In this document: one piece after another, positions 38,901 through 53,676 of the stretch
Layout: every line of letters begins with the position of its first letter
Numbering within the stretch: the stretch's first letter is position 1
Assembly (NCBI GenBank): GCA_964057225.1
Contig: CAXKVF010000073.1
Coordinates: 372,001-436,000, forward strand
Length of the DNA: 64,000 nt
From: Auanema rhodensis
Taxonomy: Eukaryota; Animalia; Nematoda
Direction: 5' to 3'
Notes under the pieces: model-generated
Seen by the model: the letters and a program-made list of their open reading frames with translations, nothing else
Told to the model about the DNA's origin: nothing
The model's database searches: none
Translations under genes and position numbers: made by a program

Positions 38901-39772
38901 ATATCAATAAAAATTTGTTTTCAGACTAATATGGACATGGGGAATCTAATTTCGAAAACCGCATCTCTTTATCTTTCACGTGAAGCGAGTTACATACCAA
39001 GTGCACATCACGTGTACATTTAATTAGCATAAATTAAAGTTCACGTAAATTTCAAAGTCATGGTTACCATGAACCAATATCAATAAAAATTTGTTTTTAG
39101 ACTAATATGGACATGGGGAATCTAATTTTGAAAACCGCATCTCTTTATCTTTCACGTGAAGCGAGTTACATACCAAGTGCACATCACGTGTACAATTAAT
39201 TAGCATAAATTAAAGTTCACGTAAATTTCAAAGTCATGGTTACCATGAACCAATATCAATAAAAATTTGTTTTTAGACTAATATGGACATGGGGAATCTA
39301 ATTTTGAAAACCGCATCTCTTTATCTTTCACGTGAAGCGAGTTACATACCAAGTGCACATCACGTGTACATTTAATTAGCATAAATTAAAGTTCACGTAA
39401 ATTTCAAAGTCATGGTTACCATGCACCAATATCAATAAAAATTTGTTTTTAGACTAATATGGACATGGGGAATCTAATTTTGAAAACCGCATCTCTTTAT
39501 CTTTCACGTGAAGCGAGTTACATACCAAGTGCACATCACGTGTACAATTAATTAGCATAAATTAAAGTTCACGTAAATTTCAAAGTCATGGTTACCATGA
39601 ACCAATATCAATAAAAATTTGTTTTTAGACTAATATGGAGATGGGGAATCTGATTTTGAAAACCGCATCTCTTTATCTTTCACGTGAAGCGAGTTACATA
39701 CCAAGTGCACATCACGTGTACATTTAATTAGCATAAATCAAAGTTCACGTAAATTTCAAAGTCATGGTTACC

Positions 39773-42700
39773 ATGAACCAATATCAATAAAAATTTGTTT
39801 TTCGACTAATATGGACATGGGGAATCTAATTTTGAAAACCGCATCTCTTTATCTTTCACGTGAAGCGAGTTACATACCAAGTGCACATCACGTGTACAAT
39901 TAATTAGCATAAATTAAAGTTCACGTAAATTTCAAAGTCATGGTTACCATGAACCAATATCAATAAAAATTTGTTTTTAGACTAATATGGACATGGGGAA
40001 TCTAATTTTGAAAACCGTATCTCTTTATCTTTCACGTGAAGCGAGTTACATACCAAGTGCACATCACGTGTACATTTAATTAGCATAAATTAAAGTTCAC
40101 GTAAATTTCAAAGTCATGGTTACCATGCACCAATATCAATAAAAATTTGTTTTTAGACTAATATGGACATGGGGAATCTAATTTTGAAAACCGCATCTCT
40201 TTATCTTTCACGTGAAGCGAGTTACATACCAAGTGCACATCACGTGTACATTTAATTAGCATAAATTAAAGTTCACGTAAATTTCAAAGTCATGGTTACC
40301 ATGAACCAATATCAATAAAAATTTGTTTTTAGACTAATATGGACATGGGGAATCTAATTTTGAAAACCGCATCTCTTTATCTTTCACGTGAAGCGAGTTA
40401 CATACCAAGTGCACATCACGTGTACATTTAATTAGCATGAATTAAAGTTCACGTAAATTTCAAAGTCATGGTTACCATGAACCAATATCAATAAAAATTT
40501 GTTTTTAGACTAATATGGACATGGGGAATCTAATTTTGAAAACCGCATCTCTTTATCTTTCACGTGAAGCGAGTTACATACCAAGTGCACATCACGTGTA
40601 CAATTAATTAGCATAAATTAAAGTTCACGTAAATTTCAAAGTCATGGTTACCATGAACCAATATCAATAAAAATTTGTTTTTAGACTAATATGGACATGG
40701 GGAATCTAATTTTGAAAACCGTATCTCTTTATCTTTCACGTGAAGCGAGTTACATACCAAGTGCACATCACGTGTACATTTAATTAGCATAAATTAAAGT
40801 TCACGTAAATTTCAAAGTCATGGTTACCATGCACCAATATCAATAAAAATTTGTTTTTAGACTAATATGGACATGGGGAATCTAATTTTGAAAACCGCAT
40901 CTCTTTATCTTTCACGTGAAGCGAGTTACATACCAAGTGCACATCACGTGTACATTTAATTAGCATAAATTAAAGTTCACGTAAATTTCAAAGTCATGGT
41001 TACCATGAACCAATATCAATAAAAATTTGTTTTTAGACTAATATGGACATGGGGAATCTAATTTTGAAAACCGCATCTCTTTATCTTTCACGTGAAGCGA
41101 GTTACATACCAAGTGCACATCACGTGTACATTTAATTAGCATGAATTAAAGTTCACGTAAATTTCAAAGTCATGGTTACCATGAACCAATATCAATAAAA
41201 ATTTGTTGTTAGACTAATATGGACATGGGGAATCTAATTTTGAAAACCGCATCTCTTTATCTTTCACGTGAAGCGAGTTACATACCAAGTGCACATCACG
41301 TGTACAATTAATTAGCATAAATTAAAGTTCACGTAAATTTCAAAGTCATGGTTACCATGAACCAATATCAATAAAAATTTGTTTTTAGACTAATATGGAC
41401 ATGGGGAATCTAATTTTGAAAACCGCATCTCTTTATCTTTCACGTGAAGCGAGTTACATACCAAGTGCACATCACGTGTACATTTAATTAGCATAAATTA
41501 AAGTTCACGTAAATTTCAAAGTCATGGTTACCATGAACCAATATCAATAAAAATTTGTTTTTAGACTAATATGGACATGGGGAATCTAATTTTGAAAACC
41601 GCATCTCTTTATCTTTCACTTGAAGCGAGTTACATACCAAGTGCACATCACGTGTACATTTAATTAGCATAAATTAAAGTTCACGTAAATTTCAAAGTCA
41701 TGGTTACCATGCACCAATATCAATAAAAATTTGTTTTTAGACTAATATGGACATGGGGAATCTTATTTTGAAAACCGCATCTCTTTATCTTTCACGTGAA
41801 GCGAGTTACATACCAAGTGCACATCACGTGTACATTTAATTAGCATAAATCAAAGTTCACGTAAATTTCAAAGTCATGGTTACCATGAACCAATATGAAT
41901 AAAAATTTGTTTTTAGACTAATATGGACATGGGGAATCTAATTTTGAAAACCGCATCTCTTTATCTTTCACGTGAAGCGAGTTACATACCAAGTGCACAT
42001 CACGTGTACAATTAATTAGCATAAATTAAAGTTCACGTAAATTTCAAAGTCATGGTTACCATGAACCAATATCAATAAAAGTTTGTTTTTAGACTAATAT
42101 GGACATGGGGAATCTAATTTTGAAAACCGCATCTCTTTATCTTTCAAGTGAAGCGAGTTACATACCAAGTGCACATCACGTGTACATTTAATTAGCATAA
42201 ATTAAAGTTCACGTAAATTTCAAAGTCATGGTTACCATGAACCAATAACAATAAAAATTTGTTTTTAGACTAATATGGACATGGGGAATCTAATTTTGAA
42301 AACCGAATCTCTTTATCTTTCACGTGAAGCGAGTTACATACCAAGTGCACATCACGTGTACATTTAATTAGCATAAATTAAAGTTCACGTAAATTTCAAA
42401 GTCATGGTTACCATGAACCAATATCAATAAAAATTTGTTTTTAGACTAATATGGACATGGGGAATCTAATTTTGAAAACCGCATCTCTTTATCTTTCACG
42501 TGAAGCGAGTTACATACCAAGTGCACATCACGTGTACATTTAATTAGCATGAATTAAAGTTCACGTAAATTTCAAAGTCATGGTTACCATGAACCAATAT
42601 CAATAAAAATTTGTTTTTAGACTAATATGGACATGGGGAATCTAATTTTGAAAACCGCATCTCTTTATCTTTCACGTGAAGCGAGTTACATACCAAGTGC

Positions 42701-45700
42701 ACATCACGTGTACATTTAATTAGCATAAATTAAAGTTCACGTAAATTTCAAAGTCATGGTTACCATGCACCAATATCAATAAAAATTTGTTTTTAGACTA
42801 ATATGGACATGGGGAATCTTATTTTGAAAACCGCATCTCTTTATCTTTCACGTGAAGCGAGTTACATACCAAGTGCACATCACGTGTACATTTAATTAGC
42901 ATAAATCAAAGTTCACGTAAATTTCAAAGTCATGGTTACCATGAACCAATATCAATAAAAATTTGTTTTTAGACTAATATGGACATGGGGAATCTAATTT
43001 TGAAAACCGCATCTCTTTATCTTTCACGTGAAGCGAGTTACATACCAAGTGCACATCACGTGTACATTTAATTAGCATAAATTAAAGTTCACGTAAATTT
43101 CAAAGTCATGGTTACCATGCACCAATATCAATAAAAATTTGTTTTTAGACTAATATGGACATGGGGAATCTTATTTTGAAAACCGCATCTCTTTATCTTT
43201 CACGTGAAGCGAGTTACATACCAAGTGCACATCACGTGTACATTTAATTAGCATAACTCAAGGTTCACGTAAATTTCAAAGTCATGGTTACCATGAACCA
43301 ATATCAATAAAAATTTGTTTTTAGACTAATATGGACATGGGGAATCTAATTTTGAAAACCGCATCTCTTTATCTTTCACGTGAAGCGAGTTACATACCAA
43401 GTGCACATCACGTGTACAATTAATTAGCATAAATTAAAGTTCACGTAAATTTCAAAGTCATGGTTACCATGAACCAATATCAATAAAAATTTGTTTTTAG
43501 ACTAATATGGACATGGGGAATCTAATTTTGAAAACCGCATCTCTTTATCTTTCACGTGAAGCGAGTTACATACCAAGTGCACATCACGTGTACATTTAAT
43601 TAGCATAAATTAAAGTTCACGTAAATTTCAAAGTCATGGTTACCATGAACCAATATCAATAAAAATTTGTTTTTAGACTAATATGGACATGGGGAATCTA
43701 ATTTTGAAAACCGCATCTCTTTATCTTTCACGTGAAGCGAGTTACATACCAAGTGCACATCACGTGTACATTTAATTAGCATAAATTAAAGTTCACGTAA
43801 ATTTCAAAGTCATGGTTACCATGCACCAATATCAATAAAAATTTGTTTTTAGACTAATATGGACATGGGGAATCTTATTTTGAAAACCGCATCTCTTTAT
43901 CTTTCACGTGAAGCGAGTTACATACCAAGTGCACATCACGTGTACATTTAATTAGCATAAATCAAAGTTCACGTAAATTTCAAAGTCATGGTTACCATGA
44001 ACCAATATCAATAAAAATTTGTTTTTAGACTAATATGGACATGGGGAATCTAATTTTGAAAACCGCATCTCTTTATCTTTCACGTGAAGCGAGTTACATA
44101 CCAAGTGCACATCACGTGTACATTTAATTAGCATAAATTAAAGTTCACGTAAATTTCAAAGTCATGGTTACCATGCACCAATATCAATAAAAATTTGTTT
44201 TTAGACTAATATGGACATGGGGAATCTTATTTTGAAAACCGCATCTCTTTATCTTTCACGTGAAGCGAGTTACATACCAAGTGCACATCACGTGTACATT
44301 TAATTAGCATAACTCAAGGTTCACGTAAATTTCAAAGTCATGGTTACCATGAACCAATATCAATAAAAATTTGTTTTTAGACTAATATGGACATGGGGAA
44401 TCTAATTTTGAAAACCGCATCTCTTTATCTTTCACGTGAAGCGAGTTACATACCAAGTGCACATCACGTGTACAATTAATTAGCATAAATTAAAGTTCAC
44501 GTAAATTTCAAAGTCATGGTTACCATGAACCAATATCAATAAAAATTTGTTTTTAGACTAATATGGACATGGGGAATCTAATTTTGAAAACCGCATCTCT
44601 TTATCTTTCACGTGAAGCGAGTTACATACCAAGTGCACATCACGTGTACATTTAATTAGCATAAATTAAAGTTCACGTAAATTTCAAAGTCATGGTTACC
44701 ATGAACCAATATCAATAAAAATTTGTTTTTAGACTAATATGGAAATGGGGAATCTAATTTTGAAAACCGCATCTCTTTATCTTTCACGTGAAGCGAGTTA
44801 CATACCAAGTGCACATCACGTGTACATTTAATTAGCATAAATCAAAGTTCACGTAAATTTCAAAGTCATGGTTACCATGAACCAATATCAATAAAAATTT
44901 GTTTTTAGACTAATATGGACATGGGGAATCTAATTTTGAAAACCGCATCTCTTTATCTTTCACGTGAAGCGAGTTACATACCAAGTGCACATCACGTGTA
45001 CAATTAATTAGCATAAATTAAAGTTCACGTAAATTTCAAAGTCATGGTTACCATGAACCAATATCAATAAAAATTTGTTTTTAGACTAATATGGACATGG
45101 GGAATCTAATTTTGAAAACCGCATCTCTTTATCTTTCACGTGAAGCGAGTTACATACCAAGTGCACATCACGTGTACATTTAATTAGCATAAATTAAAGT
45201 TCACGTAAATTTCAAAGTCATGGTTACCATGCACCAATATCAATAAAAATTTGTTTTTAGACTAATATGGACATGGGGAATCTAATTTTGAAAACCGCAT
45301 CTCTTTATCTTTCACGTGAAGCGAGTTACATACCAAGTGCACATCACGTGTACATTTAATTAGCATAAATTAAAGTTCACGTAAATTTCAAAGTCATGGT
45401 TACCATGCACCAATATCAATAAAAATTTGTTTTTAGACTAATATGGACATGGGGAATCTTATTTTGAAAACCGCATCTCTTTATCTTTCACGTGAAGCGA
45501 GTTACATACCAAGTGCACATCACGTGTACATTTAATTAGCATAAATCAAAGTTCACGTAAATTTCAAAGTCATGGTTACCATGAACCAATATCAATAAAA
45601 ATTTGTTTTTAGACTAATATGGACATGGGGAATCTAATTTTGAAAACCGCATCTCTTTATCTTTTACGTGAAGCGAGTTACATACCAAGTGCACATCACG

Positions 45701-48700
45701 TGTACAATTAATTAGCATAAATTAAAGTTCACGTAAATTTCAAAGTCATGGTTACCATGAACCAATATCAATAAAAATTTGTTTTTAGACTAATATGGAC
45801 ATGGGGAATCTAATTTTGAAAACCGCATCTCTTTATCTTTCACGTGAAGCGAGTTACATACCAAGTGCACATCACGTGTACATTTAATTAGCATAAATTA
45901 AAGTTCACGTAAATTTCAAAGTCATGGTTACCATGAACCAATATCAATAAAAATTTGTTTTTAGACTAATATGGACATGGGGAATCTAATTTTGAAAACC
46001 GAATCTCTTTATCTTTCACGTGAAGCGAGTTACATACCAAGTGCACATCACGTGTACATTTAATTAGCATAAATCAAAGTTCACGTAAATTTCAAAGTCA
46101 TGGTTACCATGAACCAATATCAATAAAAATTTGTTTTTAGACTAATATGGACATGGGGAATCTAATTTTGAAAACCGCATCTCTTTATCTTTCACGTGAA
46201 GCGAGTTACATACCGAGTGCACATCACGTGTACAATTAATTAGCATAAATTAAAGTTCACGTAAATTTCAAAGTCATGGTTACCATGAACCAATATCAAT
46301 AAAAATTTGTTTTTAGACTAATATGGACATGGGGAATCTAATTTTGAAAACCGCATCTCTTTATCTTTCACGTGAAGCGAGTTACATACCAAGTGCACAT
46401 CACGTGTACATTTAATTAGCATAAATTAAAGTTCACGTAAATTTCAAAGTCATGGTTACCATGAACCAATATCAATAAAAATTTGTTTTTAGACTAATAT
46501 GGACATGGGGAATCTAATTTTGAAAACCGCATCTCTTTATCTTTCACGTGAAGCGAGTTACATACCAAGTGCACATCACGTGTACATTTAATTAGCATAA
46601 ATTAAAGTTCACGTAAATTTCAAAGTCATGGTTACCATGCACCAATATCAATAAAAATTTGTTTTTAGACTAATATGGACATGGGGAATCTAATTTTGAA
46701 AACCGCATCTCTTTATCTTTCACGTGAAGCGAGTTACATACCAAGTGCACATCACGTGTACATTTAATTAGCATAAATTAAAGTTCACGTAAATTTCAAA
46801 GTCATGGTTACCATGCACCAATATCAATAAAAATTTGTTTTTAGACTAATATGGACATGGGGAATCTTATTTTGAAAACCGCATCTCTTTATCTTTCACG
46901 TGAAGCGAGTTACATACCAAGTGCACATCACGTGTACATTTAATTAGCATAAATCAAAGTTCACGTAAATTTCAAAGTCTTGGTTACCATGAACCAATAT
47001 CAATAAAAATTTGTTTTTAGACTAATATGGACATGGGGAATCTAATTTTGAAAACCGCATCTCTTTATCTTTCACGTGAAGCGAGTTACATACCAAGTGC
47101 ACATCACGTGTACAATTAATTAGCATAAATTAAAGTTCACGTAAATTTCAAAGTCATGGTTACCATGAACCAATATCAATAAAAATTTGTTTTTAGACTA
47201 ATATGGACATGGGGAATCTAATTTTGAAAACCGTATCTCTTTATCTTTCACGTGAAGCGAGTTACATACCAAGTGCACATCACGTGTACATTTAATTAGC
47301 ATAAATTAAAGTTCACGTAAATTTCAAAGTCATGGTTACCATGCACCAATATCAATAAAAATTTGTTTTTAGACTAATATGGACATGGGGAATCTAATTT
47401 TGAAAACCGCATCTCTTTATCTTTCACGTGAAGCGAGTTACATACCAAGTGCACATCACGTGTACATTTAATTAGCATAAATTAAAGTTCACGTAAATTT
47501 CAAAGTCATGGTTACCATGAACCAATATCAATAAAAATTTGTTTTTAGACTAATATGGACATGGGGAATCTAATTTTGAAAACCGCATCTCTTTATCTTT
47601 CACGTGAAGCGAGTTACATACCAAGTGCACATCACGTGTACATTTAATTAGCATGAATTAAAGTTCACGTAAATTTCAAAGTCATGGTTACCATGAACCA
47701 ATATCAATAAAAATTTGTTTTTAGACTAATATGGACATGGGGAATCTAATTTTGAAAACCGCATCTCTTTATCTTTCACGTGAAGCGAGTTACATACCAA
47801 GTGCACATCACGTGTACAATTAATTAGCATAAATTAAAGTTCACGTAAATTTCAAAGTCATGGTTACCATGAACCAATATCAATAAAAATTTGTTTTTAG
47901 ACTAATATGGACATGGGGAATCTAATTTTGAAAACCGTATCTCTTTATCTTTCACGTGAAGCGAGTTACATACCAAGTGCACATCACGTGTACATTTAAT
48001 TAGCATAAATTAAAGTTCACGTAAATTTCAAAGTCATGGTTACCATGCACCAATATCAATAAAAATTTGTTTTTAGACTAATATGGACATGGGGAATCTA
48101 ATTTTGAAAACCGCATCTCTTTATCTTTCACGTGAAGCGAGTTACATACCAAGTGCACATCACGTGTACATTTAATTAGCATAAATTAAAGTTCACGTAA
48201 ATTTCAAAGTCATGGTTACCATGAACCAATATCAATAAAAATTTGTTTTTAGACTAATATGGACATGGGGAATCTAATTTTGAAAACCGCATCTCTTTAT
48301 CTTTCACGTGAAGCGAGTTACATACCAAGTGCACATCACGTGTACATTTAATTAGCATGAATTAAAGTTCACGTAAATTTCAAAGTCATGGTTACCATGA
48401 ACCAATATCAATAAAAATTTGTTGTTAGACTAATATGGACATGGGGAATCTAATTTTGAAAACCGCATCTCTTTATCTTTCACGTGAAGCGAGTTACATA
48501 CCAAGTGCACATCACGTGTACAATTAATTAGCATAAATTAAAGTTCACGTAAATTTCAAAGTCATGGTTACCATGAACCAATATCAATAAAAATTTGTTT
48601 TTAGACTAATATGGACATGGGGAATCTAATTTTGAAAACCGCATCTCTTTATCTTTCACGTGAAGCGAGTTACATACCAAGTGCACATCACGTGTACATT

Positions 48701-51700
48701 TAATTAGCATAAATTAAAGTTCACGTAAATTTCAAAGTCATGGTTACCATGAACCAATATCAATAAAAATTTGTTTTTAGACTAATATGGACATGGGGAA
48801 TCTAATTTTGAAAACCGCATCTCTTTATCTTTCACTTGAAGCGAGTTACATACCAAGTGCACATCACGTGTACATTTAATTAGCATAAATTAAAGTTCAC
48901 GTAAATTTCAAAGTCATGGTTACCATGCACCAATATCAATAAAAATTTGTTTTTAGACTAATATGGACATGGGGAATCTTATTTTGAAAACCGCATCTCT
49001 TTATCTTTCACGTGAAGCGAGTTACATACCAAGTGCACATCACGTGTACATTTAATTAGCATAAATCAAAGTTCACGTAAATTTCAAAGTCATGGTTACC
49101 ATGAACCAATATGAATAAAAATTTGTTTTTAGACTAATATGGACATGGGGAATCTAATTTTGAAAACCGCATCTCTTTATCTTTCACGTGAAGCGAGTTA
49201 CATACCAAGTGCACATCACGTGTACAATTAATTAGCATAAATTAAAGTTCACGTAAATTTCAAAGTCATGGTTACCATGAACCAATATCAATAAAAGTTT
49301 GTTTTTAGACTAATATGGACATGGGGAATCTAATTTTGAAAACCGCATCTCTTTATCTTTCAAGTGAAGCGAGTTACATACCAAGTGCACATCACGTGTA
49401 CATTTAATTAGCATAAATTAAAGTTCACGTAAATTTCAAAGTCATGGTTACCATGAACCAATAACAATAAAAATTTGTTTTTAGACTAATATGGACATGG
49501 GGAATCTAATTTTGAAAACCGAATCTCTTTATCTTTCACGTGAAGCGAGTTACATACCAAGTGCACATCACGTGTACATTTAATTAGCATAAATTAAAGT
49601 TCACGTAAATTTCAAAGTCATGGTTACCATGAACCAATATCAATAAAAATTTGTTTTTAGACTAATATGGACATGGGGAATCTAATTTTGAAAACCGAAT
49701 CTCTTTATCTTTCACGTGAAGCGAGTTACATACCAAGTGCACATCACGTGTACATTTAATTAGCATAAATTAAAGTTCACGTAAATTTCAAAGTCATGGT
49801 TACCATGAACCAATATCAATAAAAATTTGTTTTTAGACTAATATGGACATGGGGAATCTAATTTTGAAAACCGCATCTCTTTATCTTTCACGTGAAGCGA
49901 GTTACATACCAAGTGCACATCACGTGTACATTTAATTAGCATAAATTAAAGTTCACGTAAATTTCAAAGTCATGGTTACCATGCACCAATATCAATAAAA
50001 ATTTGTTTTTAGACTAATATGGACATGGGGAATCTTATTTTGAAAACCGCATCTCTTTATCTTTCACGTGAAGCGAGTTACATACCAAGTGCACATCACG
50101 TGTACATTTAATTAGCATAAATCAAAGTTCACGTAAATTTCAAAGTCATGGTTACCATGAACCAATATCAATAAAAATTTGTTTTTAGACTAATATGGAC
50201 ATGGGGAATCTAATTTTGAAAACCGCATCTCTTTATCTTTCACGTGAAGCGAGTTACATACCAAGTGCACATCACGTGTACAATTAATTAGCATAAATTA
50301 AAGTTCACGTAAATTTCAAAGTCATGGTTACCATGAACCAATATCAATAAAAATTTGTTTTTAGACTAATATGGACATGGGGAATCTAATTTTGAAAACC
50401 GCATCTCTTTATCTTTCACGTGAAGCGAGTTACATACCAAGTGCACATCACGTGTACATTTAATTAGCATAAATTAAAGTTCACGTAAATTTCAAAGTCA
50501 TGGTTACCATGAACCAATATCAATAAAAATTTGTTTTTAGACTAATATGGACATGGGGAATCTAATTTGGAAAACCGCATCTCTTTATCTTTCACGTGAA
50601 GCGAGTTACATACCAAGTGCACATCACGTGTACATTTAATTAGCATAAATTAAAGTTCACGTAAATTTCAAAGTCATGGTTACCATGCACCAATATCAAT
50701 AAAAATTTGTTTTTAGACTAATATGGACATGGGGAATCTAATTTTGAAAACCGCATCTCTTTATCTTTCACGTGAAGCGAGTTACATACCAAGTGCACAT
50801 CACGTGTACATTTAATTAGCATAAATTAAAGTTCACGTAAATTTCAAAGTCATGGTTACCATGCACCAATATCAATAAAAATTTGTTTTTAGACTAATAT
50901 GGACATGGGGAATCTTATTTTGAAAACCGCATCTCTTTATCTTTCACGTGAAGCGAGTTACATACCAAGTGCACATCACGTGTACATTTAATTAGCATAA
51001 CTCAAGGTTCACGTAAATTTCAAAGTCATGGTTACCATGAACCAATATCAATAAAAATTTGTTTTTAGACTAATATGGACATGGGGAATCTAATTTTGAA
51101 AACCGCATCTCTTTATCTTTCACGTGAAGCGAGTTACATACCAAGTGCACATCACGTGTACAATTAATTAGCATAAATTAAAGTTCACGTAAATTTCAAA
51201 GTCATGGTTACCATGAACCAATATCAATAAAAATTTGTTTTTAGACTAATATGGACATGGGGAATCTAATTTTGAAAACCGCATCTCTTTATCTTTCACG
51301 TGAAGCGAGTTACATACCAAGTGCACATCACGTGTACATTTAATTAGCATAAATTAAAGTTCACGTAAATTTCAAAGTCATGGTTACCATGAACCAATAT
51401 CAATAAAAATTTGTTTTTAGACTAATATGGAAATGGGGAATCTAATTTTGAAAACCGCATCTCTTTATCTTTCACGTGAAGCGAGTTACATACCAAGTGC
51501 ACATCACGTGTACATTTAATTAGCATAAATCAAAGTTCACGTAAATTTCAAAGTCATGGTTACCATGAACCAATATCAATAAAAATTTGTTTTTAGACTA
51601 ATATGGACATGGGGAATCTAATTTTGAAAACCGCATCTCTTTATCTTTCACGTGAAGCGAGTTACATACCAAGTGCACATCACGTGTACAATTAATTAGC

Positions 51701-53676
51701 ATAAATTAAAGTTCACGTAAATTTCAAAGTCATGGTTACCATGAACCAATATCAATAAAAATTTGTTTTTAGACTAATATGGACATGGGGAATCTAATTT
51801 TGAAAACCGCATCTCTTTATCTTTCACGTGAAGCGAGTTACATACCAAGTGCACATCACGTGTACATTTAATTAGCATAAATTAAAGTTCACGTAAATTT
51901 CAAAGTCATGGTTACCATGCACCAATATCAATAAAAATTTGTTTTTAGACTAATATGGACATGGGGAATCTAATTTTGAAAACCGCATCTCTTTATCTTT
52001 CACGTGAAGCGAGTTACATACCAAGTGCACATCACGTGTACATTTAATTAGCATAAATTAAAGTTCACGTAAATTTCAAAGTCATGGTTACCATGCACCA
52101 ATATCAATAAAAATTTGTTTTTAGACTAATATGGACATGGGGAATCTTATTTCGAAAACCGCATCTCTTTATCTTTCACGTGAAGCGAGTTACATACCAA
52201 GTGCACATCACGTGTACATTTAATTAGCATAAATCAAAGTTCACGTAAATTTCAAAGTCATGGTTACCATGAACCAATATCAATAAAAATTTGTTTTTAG
52301 ACTAATATGGACATGGGGAATCTAATTTTGAAAACCGCATCTCTTTATCTTTCACGTGAAGCGAGTTACATACCAAGTGCACATCACGTGTACAATTAAT
52401 TAGCATAAATTAAAGTTCACGTAAATTTCAAAGTCATGGTTACCATGAACCAATATCAATAAAAATTTGTTTTTAGACTAATATGGACATGGGGAATCTA
52501 ATTTTGAAAACCGCATCTCTTTATCTTTCACGTGAAGCGAGTTACATACCAAGTGCACATCACGTGTACATTTAATTAGCATAAATTAAAGTTCACGTAA
52601 ATTTCAAAGTCATGGTTACCATGAACCAATATCAATAAAAATTTGTTTTTAGACTAATATGGACATGGGGAATCTAATTTTGAAAACCGAATCTCTTTAT
52701 CTTTCACGTGAAGCGAGTTACATACCAAGTGCACATCACGTGTACATTTAATTAGCATAAATCAAAGTTCACGTAAATTTCAAAGTCATGGTTACCATGA
52801 ACCAATATCAATAAAAATTTGTTTTTAGACTAATATGGACATGGGGAATCTAATTTTGAAAACCGCATCTCTTTATCTTTCACGTGAAGCGAGTTACATA
52901 CCGAGTGCACATCACGTGTACAATTAATTAGCATAAATTAAAGTTCACGTAAATTTCAAAGTCATGGTTACCATGAACCAATATCAATAAAAATTTGTTT
53001 TTAGACTAATATGGACATGGGGAATCTAATTTTGAAAACCGCATCTCTTTATCTTTCACGTGAAGCGAGTTACATACCAAGTGCACATCACGTGTACATT
53101 TAATTAGCATAAATTAAAGTTCACGTAAATTTCAAAGTCATGGTTACCATGAACCAATATCAATAAAAATTTGTTTTTAGACTAATATGGACATGGGGAA
53201 TCTAATTTTGAAAACCGCATCTCTTTATCTTTCACGTGAAGCGAGTTACATACCAAGTGCACATCACGTGTACATTTAATTAGCATAAATTAAAGTTCAC
53301 GTAAATTTCAAAGTCATGGTTACCATGCACCAATATCAATAAAAATTTGTTTTTAGACTAATATGGACATGGGGAATCTAATTTTGAAAACCGCATCTCT
53401 TTATCTTTCACGTGAAGCGAGTTACATACCAAGTGCACATCACGTGTACATTTAATTAGCATAAATTAAAGTTCACGTAAATTTCAAAGTCATGGTTACC
53501 ATGCACCAATATCAATAAAAATTTGTTTTTAGACTAATATGGACATGGGGAATCTTATTTTGAAAACCGCATCTCTTTATCTTTCACGTGAAGCGAGTTA
53601 CATACCAAGTGCACATCACGTGTACATTTAATTAGCATAAATCAAAGTTCACGTAAATTTCAAAGTCTTGGTTACC
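39773..53676. repeat. Tandem ~7 kb block duplication (41-monomer copy followed by 38-monomer copy)
   Basis: Offset 7216 bp: T70 at 40018/40722 vs 47234/47938, T88 at 41620 vs 48836, G13 at 41897 vs 49113. Offset 6688 bp: A44 at 44744 vs 51432, G107 at 46215 vs 52903, T168 at 46980 vs 53668. Confidence 0.88.
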
